Shown here piece after piece: positions 37,301 to 50,000 of a stretch of DNA of 64,000 bases. Positions within the stretch are counted from its first letter, which is position 1. Each line of letters starts with the position of its first letter. Origin of the DNA: Trichosphaerium sp. ATCC 40318. Lineage: Eukaryota; Protista; Tubulinea. The stretch covers positions 434,001 to 498,000 of the forward strand of contig JALMLS010000354.1 in the NCBI GenBank assembly GCA_038496445.1, read 5' to 3'. A program made the position numbers and the translations under genes. Under the pieces are notes generated by a model. That model searched no databases, was not told the origin of the DNA, and worked only from the letters and a program-made list of their open reading frames with translations.

Positions 37301-38521
37301 AGGCAATACGACTTGAGCTGATAAACGGTATAGAACGACTCCAACACGGTAGCCAAATTCATGAAATTTTAGAGGGTTAATAACACTTTTAATAAAATCA
37401 AAGTAGTTATCCCAGTTCAGGTGCTTAATACACGACTCACTTGACGCTCTATTATGTGATCCAAATGTTGAATTGTTTTGTATGCACTCAGTATCTATTC
37501 TATATATTAAAATGCTGTTCATGAGTACCACGTGCCATCAGGATTGGAAGGAATTACATTCTCCGAAGCATCAATTACTAAGAAGTACAACAATTAGTAA
37601 GCTGACTATGAAGTTCGGTAGTACCAAACACGAGATCGGTGGTATCCACACAAAGAGCTTGACCGCAAGTATTTGGCTGAGTTAGATCTTTGTATTCTTC
37701 CTTTTCGGTAGCAGACAGATCTATAATTGCACCATCATAGAATGTAAGTCTGTGTTATTGTAAGTTAATAATCAATTTTAATAACTGGCAGTAACCTTAG
37801 CAAAGATGTTGTATTCTTCTGTACGAATAGTTCTTTAATACTCATAAAGGTTGCATCGCTTCCAGGCGTTTTTTCTCGACGATACCGTGTACTTGTAATG
37901 TATAAGTTACTCGTAATGTCGGCTAAAGGAAAAATACTCACGTGTTAACCTTTTGGTACTTGAAAACAACATCGTCATCATCGTCGTCCAAAAAATAACC
38001 ACGATGAGTTATGGTTATATCATCGGCATCTAACACGGTACCAGGCCAATCTAGAGAAAAAGGAGAAGAGTTTTCCATTGTTACTGTTCCCGACATTACT
38101 CTAGCTATACAAGAACCTCCGCCCGGGCATATCAATGTTTGAGTAATTTTTCCCTATGTTCTTTTTTAACTGAGACTGTTTGTGTTCGTAGTTGAGACTC
38201 ACCGTCTCTCTATCCCATCTCTCTACAATATCTGATACTCTACTAATTTGTCCTTCGAAGTAAATAGTAAGATTATCAACTACCGTTGTAGAATCCTCAA
38301 AAGAAACTTGATATCCAAAAAATCCTCCTTTAACGCCCTTAGATAAAGATTACTTTTCTACAAATAAATAATTTGATCAATACTTTAGCACTACTGTTTC
38401 CATACATGACTGCACGTGTACGTAGCTGAGAGAATAAACTACTTCCTCCAATAATGGCGCAAAAACAACTAACAAGAAGAAATACTACTACGTTGAGGTT
38501 AGGAACATTGTTTTGTGTCAT
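34356..38521 (-). CDS. Receptor tyrosine-kinase-like protein with vWA and Cys-rich ectodomain
   Basis: Signal peptide, vWA-like exon (37007-37460), CDDVNPCTRDSC repeat, PT stalk, TM LIVGVVLLGLLVILLVLYLVY. Kinase GSGSFG, VAVK, spliced HRDLACRN, DFG, GPVRWMSPE, DVWSFG. Confidence 0.85.
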
Positions 38522-39066
38522 TGCTAACCAACAATTGTTTTTCGCATGAAATCTTAACCCGATTTTGATGTATTTTGTTTGGGCTTTCCCTAGCGTTGAA
38601 ACTTAATGTTTGTGTACTCAGGTGTTTAGGTCGAGTTCCTATATTGCCAGTTTGCTAGGTCGTGCAAAAAGAAACCAGTGTAGGGTACATTATTTTCCCC
38701 TTTGTGATCCATGTGAAATGCTTCGTGATCTCGCGAAACAATACAACAAACACCCTGGAGAGATAAGCCTACGTTAGTTCTAAGACAGCACGTGTTGTAG
38801 AAAGATACTACATCGTCACAAAACAAATAACGACTCTGAAATAAATACTGTCACGTGTTACAGGCCATCTGAACCCTTTTTCGCAATAGGAACCAGGCAG
38901 ATTAGTAATTGAAACGACAAAAGGAACTTTTGTTTGTTCACAGATAATTGTCTATAGCTGAAACTGCTGTAAACTCTTGGTGACAATACATGGTAATTAC
39001 CCATCATCATAATGAAGCACTTGTTAAGCGTCACGTTTTATTTGAAAATAAAAACGGTATTTAATA

Positions 39067-40955
39067 ATGATGGGCGGAAGCGCCTCCTCTGAGGTTTGTA
39101 CTTACGTTGTGATTGGCCTTGGGCAGCGTGGTGGTATTTATGCTAGATACGCAAGAGAGAATCCATCGTTGGCTACAGTAGTGGCTATAGCGGAACCAAA
39201 GGATAAAACAAGGTTGATTTAAAGCAAACCGTTACTAAATGTACTAATAAACAAAGGAAACGCTGGGGAACCTCGTTGAACGTACCCACAGAGCATCAGT
39301 ACACGGATTGGAAAGAACTAGCCAAAATGGACAAAATGGCAGATGCTGCCGTTATAACTGTACAAGACAGCATGCATAGAGAAGTAGCAGTTGCTTTAGC
39401 CGAAAAGGGCTATCACATATTATTGGAGAAGCCAATGGCCGTAAGGTAAGCCTAAGACGTTGACTACGCGCCATATATCAAATTATAATGCAAAGAGCGT
39501 TGTAGACTACGTTGTAGTGTTTTTCTGACATTAACGGTTTCTATAGCATGGATGGTTGTGTGGCTATTACAAACGCCATAAAGGCAAAAAATCTAGTGTT
39601 TAAAGTTGGACATGTCATGCGTTACACGCCACATTCACTTAAAATAAAAGAAATAATCGATTCTGGCGTTCTTGGCCAAATCGTCAATATTCAGCATCTG
39701 GAGGTACTCAAATACAGAATAGTACGTAAATTTACATGCTCAAGAACCATATTTAGCCTGTAGGTCACTATCACTTTGCACACAGCTATGTCAGAGGTAA
39801 CTGGAGGAACGAAGCTGAGTCTACTTTTTCATTGATGGCAAAAGTAAGCAAATAACGGTATTGTTCCCGTTTAACTCTATTTAGAGTTGTCATGATATTG
39901 ACTTGATAAGATGGTTTGCTGGGTCTCCTTGCAAGCAAGTTTCAAGTTTCGGTACCCCACGTGATGCATTTTCTAGACTATTTTTGGAATTTGTAGTTCT
40001 TCTAAGTCTTTATTGTTGCTTTACTTATAAACATGTTAACAGGCTCATTGTTGCATTTCAATGCTTCCAAAAAACCCGAAGGCGCGTCATCAAGATGCAT
40101 AGATTGTGCTGTCGAACAAACATGTCCATACTCAGCCAAAAAGATTTATTTGAACTCTATAAAATCTGGAAACAGGGTATTTACAGCTCTGTTTATCCGT
40201 TTTATCTTATTGAACTTAGGGTTGGCCAGTATCGGTTCTCGTTGAAAACCCACGTGTAAAAGATATAGAAGACGCAATTACAAACGGACCGTACGGTCGT
40301 TGTGTTTACGAGTGTGATAATGACGTTGTTGGTACGAGAACTAGACTTTTTCAATTTAAAAACTGATTGTGAAGAACAGATAATCAAGTAGTAAATATGG
40401 TCTTTGAAAACGGTATCACAGCTTCATTTACCATGATAGCATTCTCTAAAGATATTTGTGTGCGTAAAACGCGTATATTTGGGTCTTTAGGACAAATAGA
40501 ATACGATGGTAGAAGGTATGAAACAGAAATAAAACGATCCATAAAACCAAAACTTCTTGTTTTTTAATCATGTCGACTTCTTTTTTGACAACTAACTGTA
40601 CGTACACTAGGATTGTTCACAGCGACTTTGTTAAAAATAAAACATCCCAATACACGCCATATGCGAATGTAGATACAAAAATGCGTGGCCATGGTTATGG
40701 TGACTACTTTCTTGCAAAGGAATTCTTCGATGAAGTCAGCGAAAGAAAAAAGAAAAACTCAGAAACAGCCTTACCTGACAACTCAAGTGTTGATGAGGTA
40801 TGTGAATCTCGTTGAACATATTGAAGCTTAAACTCATATTAAACTAGACACTTGAGAGTCACGTGATTGTTTTTGCAGCTGAAGAATCCAGGAAAAAAAA
40901 CAAGATTGTGAATGTTTCAGAGATGCTTTCTGATTGTCAAGCTCAAGTTAAGTAA
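39067..40955 (+). CDS. Gfo/Idh/MocA family NAD(P)-dependent oxidoreductase
   Basis: [76 protein letters not shown]. Confidence 0.92.
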
Positions 40956-42276
40956 AACCACTTTTAGTTCTTGCAGTTATATCAAAATTGAACTAAGGTT
41001 GGTGTTTCCAATCAAGGAGTTAAATTACACATATGTTGTCCTTCGTAAAGAAATCCAGTCGGTGGGATGCTCGAAAATGTTACTACAAGTGCTGGTGGGC
41101 TCTTTAGTGACCTAATATTCTAGGTACATCCTATGAAGTACAAAAAGGAAAGTGGCTAAAAAAGCCAAAGTAAGTTTACATTCATGCTACGGCGAATACA
41201 ATCTAATTTATGTGACGCGATTAAGAATTACAAACCTTTGAAAAAAGTACCTGGAATTGACTCCCAATACCCCTCCTGCGCGTAAGAGCTCTTACTGTAA
41301 TACTCACTTATACACCAGCCTTTCACAAATGTAACACGTACTGCGTAACATAGAGGTGCTTACGAATATGAAAAGGGTAAAGAACGTTGAATACGTTTGG
41401 GCAAATGCGTTTTCTTCACATGTCGTGACGCTTCGCCACTGCATTACCAAATCACGTGTTTAGAGTACTCACCATCGCATAGCGTATTCTTATACTATAA
41501 AGGCTAACTGGTTACTACACGCGGTAGACAGGAAAAGAAAACTTCCCAACATTATAGAAAAGTACTAAGCTTTAGATACTATGAAGTAGTATGAGACAGC
41601 AGTTTCTCATGAGAAAAGTTAGCCACATTTTGAGCAAAAATAGTTAATTTCACATCATACGGGTTAGCCTTATGCATCTATTTATTAAAGCGTTGTTACT
41701 AGCAACTGGGATATCACTTGGCCAACGCGTGGCAAAAAAACAAGAAAAATGTGAAACTACCCAAATTTTCCCGTGCCTAAATATTTGGCCTACAATCTGT
41801 TTCGCACAATCTAAGCACCCAGCTTTTGCTCGTAACAATCCTACGCTTCCTTGAATGTGCATCTTTTACCCACACCGTAAAACAACGCCTGAACAAGGTA
41901 CGTGCTCTATTTGGGACACTGAAAAACTGTCATCCCACGAAAATCAACAAGTTGGGAACAGGTAGGTTTGTGTATTACCCGCTTTGTAGTTTATGTCTTG
42001 ACCTTTCATTCCAATATTCACGTACGTGGAAAAGTATCTTACTCTGAGTAAGTTCAAAGCGTAAAAAAAAACAATAGGGTAAAAGTTAGGTGAGGTTTTT
42101 TTCAAAAAACCGAAAAAAAATAATCACGTGATGTAAAACGAAGAAATAATCCTTCAACAAATGTTGAGCGAAGTTTCCTTATTCCACCGTGCAGTGTGGA
42201 GGAAAATGTGCTTTGCGTACACAACGAAAAGTACAAAAGCAGTTATAAATACAAAACACCAACAGCAGCACACGTG

Positions 42277-44083
42277 ATGAAGCTCTTCGCGGTTTTTTGC
42301 CTTATTCTAGTCTCAACGGCTTTTGCCCAACAAGTTGGCACCCAACAAGCTGAAAACCACCCACAGATAACCATTCAACAATGCAAGACCAAAGGAAACT
42401 GCCAAACGCAATCTAGATCTATTGTATTGGATTCCAACTGGAGATGGACCCACAAAACCGGCGGTTACACCAACTGCTACACCGGTAACGAATGGGATAC
42501 TTCTATCTGCCCTGACCCACAAACTTGTGCTGAAAACTGCGCAATTGACGGAGCTGATTACGAAGGCGTTTATGGTGTTACAGCAAGCGGAAATTCCGTA
42601 AGTTTGAAGTTGGTTACAGTAGGCCAATACGACACCAACATTGGTTCAAGACTTTACCTTTTGGAGGACGAAGAACACTACCAAATCTTTAAGTTAAAGA
42701 ATGCTGAATTTACTTTCGACGTCGATGTATCGAACTTACCTTGTGGTTTGAATGGCGCTCTTTACTTCGTTGAAATGGACGCTGATGGTGGTACATCAAA
42801 GTATCCATCTAACAAAGCAGGTTCGTAACGACTTCTTAGCTTTTTTTTTTTGACAAAATCACGTGCTCATTTTATTAAAACCTTTTTCCCGTATTAACTT
42901 TTTTTTTACTCTTAGGTGCCAAATACGGTACTGGTTACTGCGATGCTCAATGCCCACACGACCTTAAATGGATCAACGGTGAAGCAAACGTACTCGACTG
43001 GAAACCATCTTCGAACAACAAAAATACTGGTACAGGCAAATACGGAACATGCTGTACTGAGATGGACATCTGGGAGTCTAATAGCATGTCCACTGCTTAC
43101 ACTCCTCACGTATGTACCGTTCAAGGACAATACAGATGCAGTTCTCCTACCGAATGCGGTGATCTCGGTCCAGACAGATATTTGGGCGTTTGCGATAAGG
43201 ATGGTTGCGATTACAACTCTTACAGAGTCGGTAACAAGACTTTCTTCGGTAAGGGAATGAACGTCGATTCATCACAAAAGATTACAGTTGTTACTCAATT
43301 TATCACTTCTGATGGTACCGACAGTGGCGACTTAGTTGATATCAAGAGGTAAGCAAGAAAGTTGAACAAAATTGGATCTTTTTTTTGTTTTGGGTTTTTT
43401 TAGAATTTTTTTTTGTTTGGTTCCCTTCTCATGACCCTTCTAACCGATTACTCCAGATTCTACGTCCAAAATGGTGTTACTATTCCAAACTCTTACGTCA
43501 CTTACTCGAACGTTTCCAAGACCAACTCTGTTACTGATAAATTCTGTCAAGAAATTAAATCTTTCTTCGGTGATAACCCAGACTTTAACAAAAAGGGTGG
43601 TTTGAAAACAATGGGTCAAGCTTTGGATCGCGGAATGGTTCTCGTTATGAGCTTATGGGATGACTACTACGCTTACATGCTCTGGTTGGACTCAAACTAC
43701 CCTGTTGATAAACCAGCAACCCAACCTGGTATCGCTAGAGGTACTAAAAGCTCAGCAGTTAAAACTCAAAAGGGAAAACTGTAACGCCAATTTTTCCGGT
43801 TTTTTTTTCTGGAAATGAAAATTACTCTTAACCACCTTGAAGAACCGTATTAAATATCTCCGTGCTAAAAAATTGGCCGAAAATTAAACTGAAAAGTTTT
43901 TCGAAACAGCACTTGTTTTGTCAAGTTACTTTTGGGTTTTTTCGGTTTTTGTTCTAACTTTTTTACCACTCAGGTTCTTGCCCAACTTCTTCTGGTAGAC
44001 CACATGATGTCGAAAGTCAATATCCTAACGCCAACGTTGTTTACAGCAACATCAAATACGGACCAATTGGATCCACCTTTTGA
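42277..44083 (+). CDS. Glycoside hydrolase family 7 cellobiohydrolase (no CBM)
   Basis: Signal peptide then [47 protein letters not shown], catalytic [30 protein letters not shown]. Confidence 0.96.
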
Positions 44084-44484
44084 ATAGTGTAACACACTTT
44101 GTGCTTCGACAAATAAACCATTAAAACAAAAATATGTTTCTCTTTCTTGTAATTACCAGACCTTGAACGTTATATTCTTCAAACAATTGCTTGTGAGGTG
44201 AATACTATTGCGTGTCGGTTCACACCATGTGAGAAAGAAAGAAAATATTTTATGGCAGCTTCGTTTTACTAAAAGTGAGCCCGCATAAAAGGGAACGGTG
44301 CCCAGTACACACCGTGTACTCTACCATTCCATGCCACGTCATAGTAATAAATACGCTGCGCGTTATGATCAAACAGTCCAGTAGAACGTTGAGTTTTGTT
44401 GCGGTAGTATAAGGAAGGTTTTTACTCTCCAAACAGACCAATAACACGTGAGGTGAGGAAGCGACATGCGTTTATTAGTACGAT

Positions 44485-46413
44485 CTACAAAGGCTTACAA
44501 GGCTTGTACGCTCCAAAGAACTTGACATTAGGCGTCAGCTGCTGTTCAGAGAGAGTTACATTCAACCTCAGTTCCGTTACTAATAAGATAACATTAGAAC
44601 GTTTATACCGTTTACAAATGCTTTTTAGGGCAGGCACATGGAAATTGCGAAAGTATAACGTAGTAATACATACCTTCAACACTTTGAGAAAACAACGCAA
44701 TATATTTATTACCAACAGATGAGCCAGAAGCTACTACTGTCCATCCTTTCCCGTTTACGTTTGCCATAATATTGAACCTATCAAAGAAGATGAGCACATT
44801 ACATACTTATACGCACTCGTACGCTCTTATGAGTTGCCCTTTTGCTTGGTTTTCTTGAATAACAGCTCTATCAATTGTTTGTGTTTTGTTGAAACTTATT
44901 GTAAGTGTAGTTGCTAGTAGGAAGCGGGTAACGATTTTGAATAATAATAACGTCTACAAACCTGATCCCGAAGTGCTACCAACAGAAGATCCATAGCACG
45001 TCTTAATGTAAGAACCAAACTCTTTGTATCTTTGAACAGCATCGGGAGGCAAGACACCATCTTAACAGGCGGAAAAAAGTGAGAAGAAAAGCAGGAGATT
45101 ACGTGCTTGAAGAATCTCACCTGGTGTAGGAGCAAAATCAAGTAGCATATTACAATTATGGCCAATGCTATCATGGTATATTGACATGAGTTCCTTTAAC
45201 GAACGAAGTCCAATCTAAAAAACAAACAATAAGGAAAATAGTCAGAAAATAATCGGAAAAATACCAGTTTTACCTTCTCATTATAAAACCACGTGTCAGA
45301 ATTTTGAAGCGTAAAATCGCATTCAGGAGGGACCCAAACATTAGAGTTTTGATCTCCTGCACCTTTATCACCTGTAGACCATGTAGGATATGGAGCATGA
45401 CCAGTCTCTGAACCTATCCATCGAACAGCATTCTTGGATATACCATATCCATTAAATGCTGTAGCGTGAGGTTGTAGCTTTTCCAGGAGACTCGTGATTT
45501 TATCTTTAAGATCCTTAATTGTTTATTAGGCAAACCATAAACTCTTAAATAAAATACTCGGACTCGAAGAAAGGTACCGTTGTATATCCACCATCAAACC
45601 AAATCTCAGCAAGAGGTCCATTATTAGTCCAAAGCTCAGAGACCTGAGAAAAAACGATTTGATCGTATTGCTCTTGAGTTACTTTGACTTGTCCTGGCGC
45701 TAAAGGACCACCTGTGTACAGTAAGTTAAGCGCAAATGAATAATAAAGAACACTACTTCTTGGCTGAATACACTGAACATACCTTGTACTACACCATCAT
45801 GGACGTTCAAATACGAATTTGTTACAACGCTGTAATAGAATCCAGGTTTAATTCCATACTTGTTCATTGACGCAATGAACTGTTTCACAACGTCTCCCTA
45901 TACCAAAAAATTAATTCAGAATTGATGTCAGAGCTTTGTATCGTACCTTATAAGCGCTATTGTTAACACTGTAGTCATAGCTAAAGTCGAAATCAGGGAA
46001 CTTCGTTTTAGTGTGCCAAGTACAGAATCCACAATTATGTTTAGCGACATAGACTGCGTATTTCACTCCCATGTCCCTCTATTTAACAAAGAAAACACGT
46101 GGTTAGATAAAAGCCTCACGTGATTGTTCGGTTACCATCGATTCAGCCCATTGATCAGTATTTAGCGTCTTTGGGTTAAATGTAGATAAAGGAGGGACTT
46201 CACGAAGCGTACAGCCTTGTGTTCCTTAAAACACGTTATGTAAGACGGTTTTATTGTATAGAGCTTACCAGCAGCTGTAGCCATATTGAAGTGAATGATA
46301 GCGCCTACTTCCATCTCTTCATAAGCGAGTTGATCTGGTGTTGGTAAGGGAACACCATAACAGAGTTTTAAACACAAAAGTAGCAAGAAAGCAAACTGTA
46401 TTAACTGTGGCAT
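44485..46413 (-). CDS. Alpha-L-fucosidase (GH29) with C-terminal F5/8-type module
   Basis: PLPTPDQLAYEEMEVGAIIHFNMAT, AKHNCGFCTW, AEIWFDGG, RWIGSETGH, WVPPECDFT, SVGRNS, GSSVGNKYI. Confidence 0.92.
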
Positions 46414-47022
46414 AGTTCTTATGCTTTTTAAAAAGTGAGGTGACAGTCATGATTATTAGTTCACCTCGTTTTGAACTAAAAAAAGAAAGAGAAGCTCACG
46501 TTTGCTAAACTCTTTGCTGTTTACTCTATACAGAACTTGAATGGTGCCGCCACTTTCATAGTTTAGTGGTTTATGGAAGTATTTTTTTGCCACTATTAGT
46601 TGTTGCGGTAGTCAAATTTGAGGTATTCCATTCAATACTTTGGTACCATTCTCACTCACCTGTGTCTTTCTTAAGGAAATTTCATACACCCAACTATGGT
46701 TTAATACATTCATTTGCTATCAGCCTGCATTTATCCAAATGGATAGTGTACGCCAGCTAAAGACTTAATACCCTGAGAGGAATCACTAACTTGACTAATG
46801 ACTCAAATTTATACTATCAGCACTGCTAGATTAATGATACCGTCATCTGTGAGTTCCACAATAAGACAATCAAACGTATGTACGCCTGTAAGCTAGGATA
46901 AGTGACTATCGGCAGCCTTGGATAATGACAACAAAAACGCTGCTTATGTTGCAAGGTTGTATTAATTTTGAGACAGAAGCCTTTTACAAGCGCATTGTTA
47001 TTTACTGCATGCTTTGTGTAAA

Positions 47023-50000
47023 TCATTTATATCCTCTCCCGGGTCTACTGTTGTAACCCCTTCCGACACCACCACCTAGAGAACGATAAGTAACCAAACG
47101 AACAAAAAATAGGACAAAATATCCAGATTACATACCAAGATCATGTGAAAATTGGCAATGCCTATGAGGACAATGTTTACCACCACTATCACGATAAAAT
47201 TTACATATCTCACGGCCTCTACCTATAAGCAAAAGTTAATTTGTGACAAAAAGAACCAAGAAAAGAAAAAAAGGTGTTACCTCTTCCACGGCCCGAGTTT
47301 AGCGACTGTGTGTATCTATTTTGATTACCATTTCTCTGCGCATTGTTGTGACCATTATTATTATAGTTTCCTTGTCTGGCTAAATAATGGCATAAGTCCA
47401 GAAATACAATGAAACATCGTGGTAAAGTGAAATGAACAGGAAAAAAACGCACGTGTTCCACCATTTTTACGTTTGGTTACTGGTACTACAAGTGCTCTTC
47501 CATGAACAGCTCTATGGTATCCAAGTCTATATGATTCAATAACAGACCTTCGAAGCCAATTATTTAGTTCACCATGCGTTGGAGGCTTTAAGCGAACATA
47601 TATGAAGAATTCGCTAAAACAAGTAATTACTAATTAAGGATTTGGTGTTTGTTAACTTACTCCCACGTAGATATGTTCTTAATAGTTTCAACAGCATCTC
47701 TTAAACCCCCAATCATATCTTCTGTTGGTCTACCATATCTAGCATCATAATTATTGGCTATTTTTTGCGCAGAAAGTCCAGCAGGTCTTCCTTTATAAAA
47801 ATAGTTAGAAAAAAGTCAACACATTTTCAAGATTATATGAACGCAAAACGATCTTCCAAACAGGTTTTTAAGAACGTACCTATATTCTCCAAGAAATAAA
47901 CATGAAAAGCTAAAAGATGTCGAGATACTTTTGTCAACTCGAAAGTTTTAGAAGCTCTTATATTCTCTACTGCTGGAAGAGGCTCTTGAGCAGCTAATTG
48001 ATAGCATTCCTTTGTATACCATCTAACATTACGTATGAAAGCTTCTCTCATGTACTAACAAGAAATCTTAGCACTACAAAGGCAAACAACTATAAAACTT
48101 ACCGGCACAGCAATATCCTTCCAAGCTAAAGACGATATAGTCAAAAGTGGTAAGAACTCTCCAAGAGAAGGTAGCTAAAGTAAAAATAAGAATACAGTAA
48201 TATCAATGTGCTTGACAAAGACGTCGTACAACTGCTTTGCTTCTATTCTCAACACTAACACGGAACTTTATAATCTTATTATTGATTTGTTCAACTTGTT
48301 GAGGATGCTTAGCAGCAAAGCTAATCATATATCTCTGGAATGCACAGTACCCTTCAAGAGCCTTTATAGAAGCTACAAACAAAACAAACATTAGATCAAG
48401 GAACATACAGTATGAGGGGAGGTTCCAAGTCCATACCATAGAGTGTCCCATTCATGATCTCAACAATCATTGTGTTCATCAGTTTAGGAAAAATTTTGAA
48501 TGCCATGCTTGGCGTAAACCTGTCTTTACAACAAAGTTTACTCAAAGCTTGTTTGAGCATATCCTGAGATCGTTTACCATGGTCTTTATTTATATCTAAG
48601 ACAACAAATAAGCACATTTAGGTAACCACACCGTATTAACCAACGTACACAGTGGTAACCAATGAGTGAGTTTCTCAGTTGAACCATAAACTGATGACCT
48701 TATACCTTCATCAAAAGCATGCTTCGTCATAAGCTCTAATGGAGTGCTTATAGCATGAATAACACCATTTCTGCGTCTCTTTACAACAAGACCAACACCG
48801 AGTATATCTTCTGTGAAAAGTACACGTGTATGGAAACAACGCAGTGATTCACGGATGATTTCAAGCTCTGACTTTGGTTTTACGTTTGGATTTTCCTGTT
48901 GATTTATGATTAGCACAGTTTAACTGATACTGGACGTACAACACTAAAAGGAGGCCATGGTTCGCTTGGAGTATGCTCACATAGGGTACAAGCAAAAGCG
49001 TTTGCAGTGCGTATAGCACTTGGAATACGACGTAAAATATCATCAAGTGGTCGTCCTTCGTTATCTTCAAGATCCATAAGGAACGCTAAAGAAAAGTTTA
49101 AGTCAGTTGACAGTAGCATATAAAAAGAACTGTTTTATGTTATTACCTTGCATTTGTAGCAGTATTGTTTGTACTGAGTAAGCCGAGCACCAACCAGTAG
49201 TACGCTGTTTATTATCAGAATCAAAGTAACTCTGAAAATCGCTTAATAAATCAAGACAGATCTTATCATCATGAACCTACAATACAGCATTAACAAAAAT
49301 CACGTTTTAAAATTCATCTCGAAACGCACGTGTGGGTGTGGTAAGGGTACTAAAATTGTGGCACTAGGTGGACTCGTCTAATATTTATAATTAGCACAAG
49401 CAAAACATTAAAATAAAAGCCGTACTGGATAATCCATTGGAAATTTGAGTTCAATATGAAAAATTGCGCCAGCATAAGGAGTATTTTCTAACAAGTTCGT
49501 CAGTTGAGCTTTATCAATTTGCTTATAAAAACAAGTACCTGGTCCCTTTAAATTACCATGCCAGATGAACATATCCTCCTTTAATGACATGAGTTAGCGT
49601 GATGATCTTTTTGGTAAGATTGTACCTCTAAAGGACTTGCTGACACCAAAGGAAGTGGGTTCTTTATAATCTCTTTGTAATCACGCATAAGCGCACGTCT
49701 AGCATCAAGTAATCTTCCAGGTGTTGTAGGTTTGTTCCCTGCATCAGTTGTATCTGATAGAACAGAAGATACAGATGCTGTTAAATTCTCTCTTAACCTT
49801 TCACTATAAAACAGTCAATGATGAATACATAAAAAATAGCTGCTCGTACGTCTCAGGGTGAATCATATCTAATGATGTTCTTTGTTCAACAACATCTTGA
49901 ATAGCACCTTGAGAGAACTTGTTGAATCCACAGCGCAGTATATACAGCCTAGGTAGCACTGCAAGATCCAGTATAGCCTTTTTAAATTAAGTAAGTTTCA

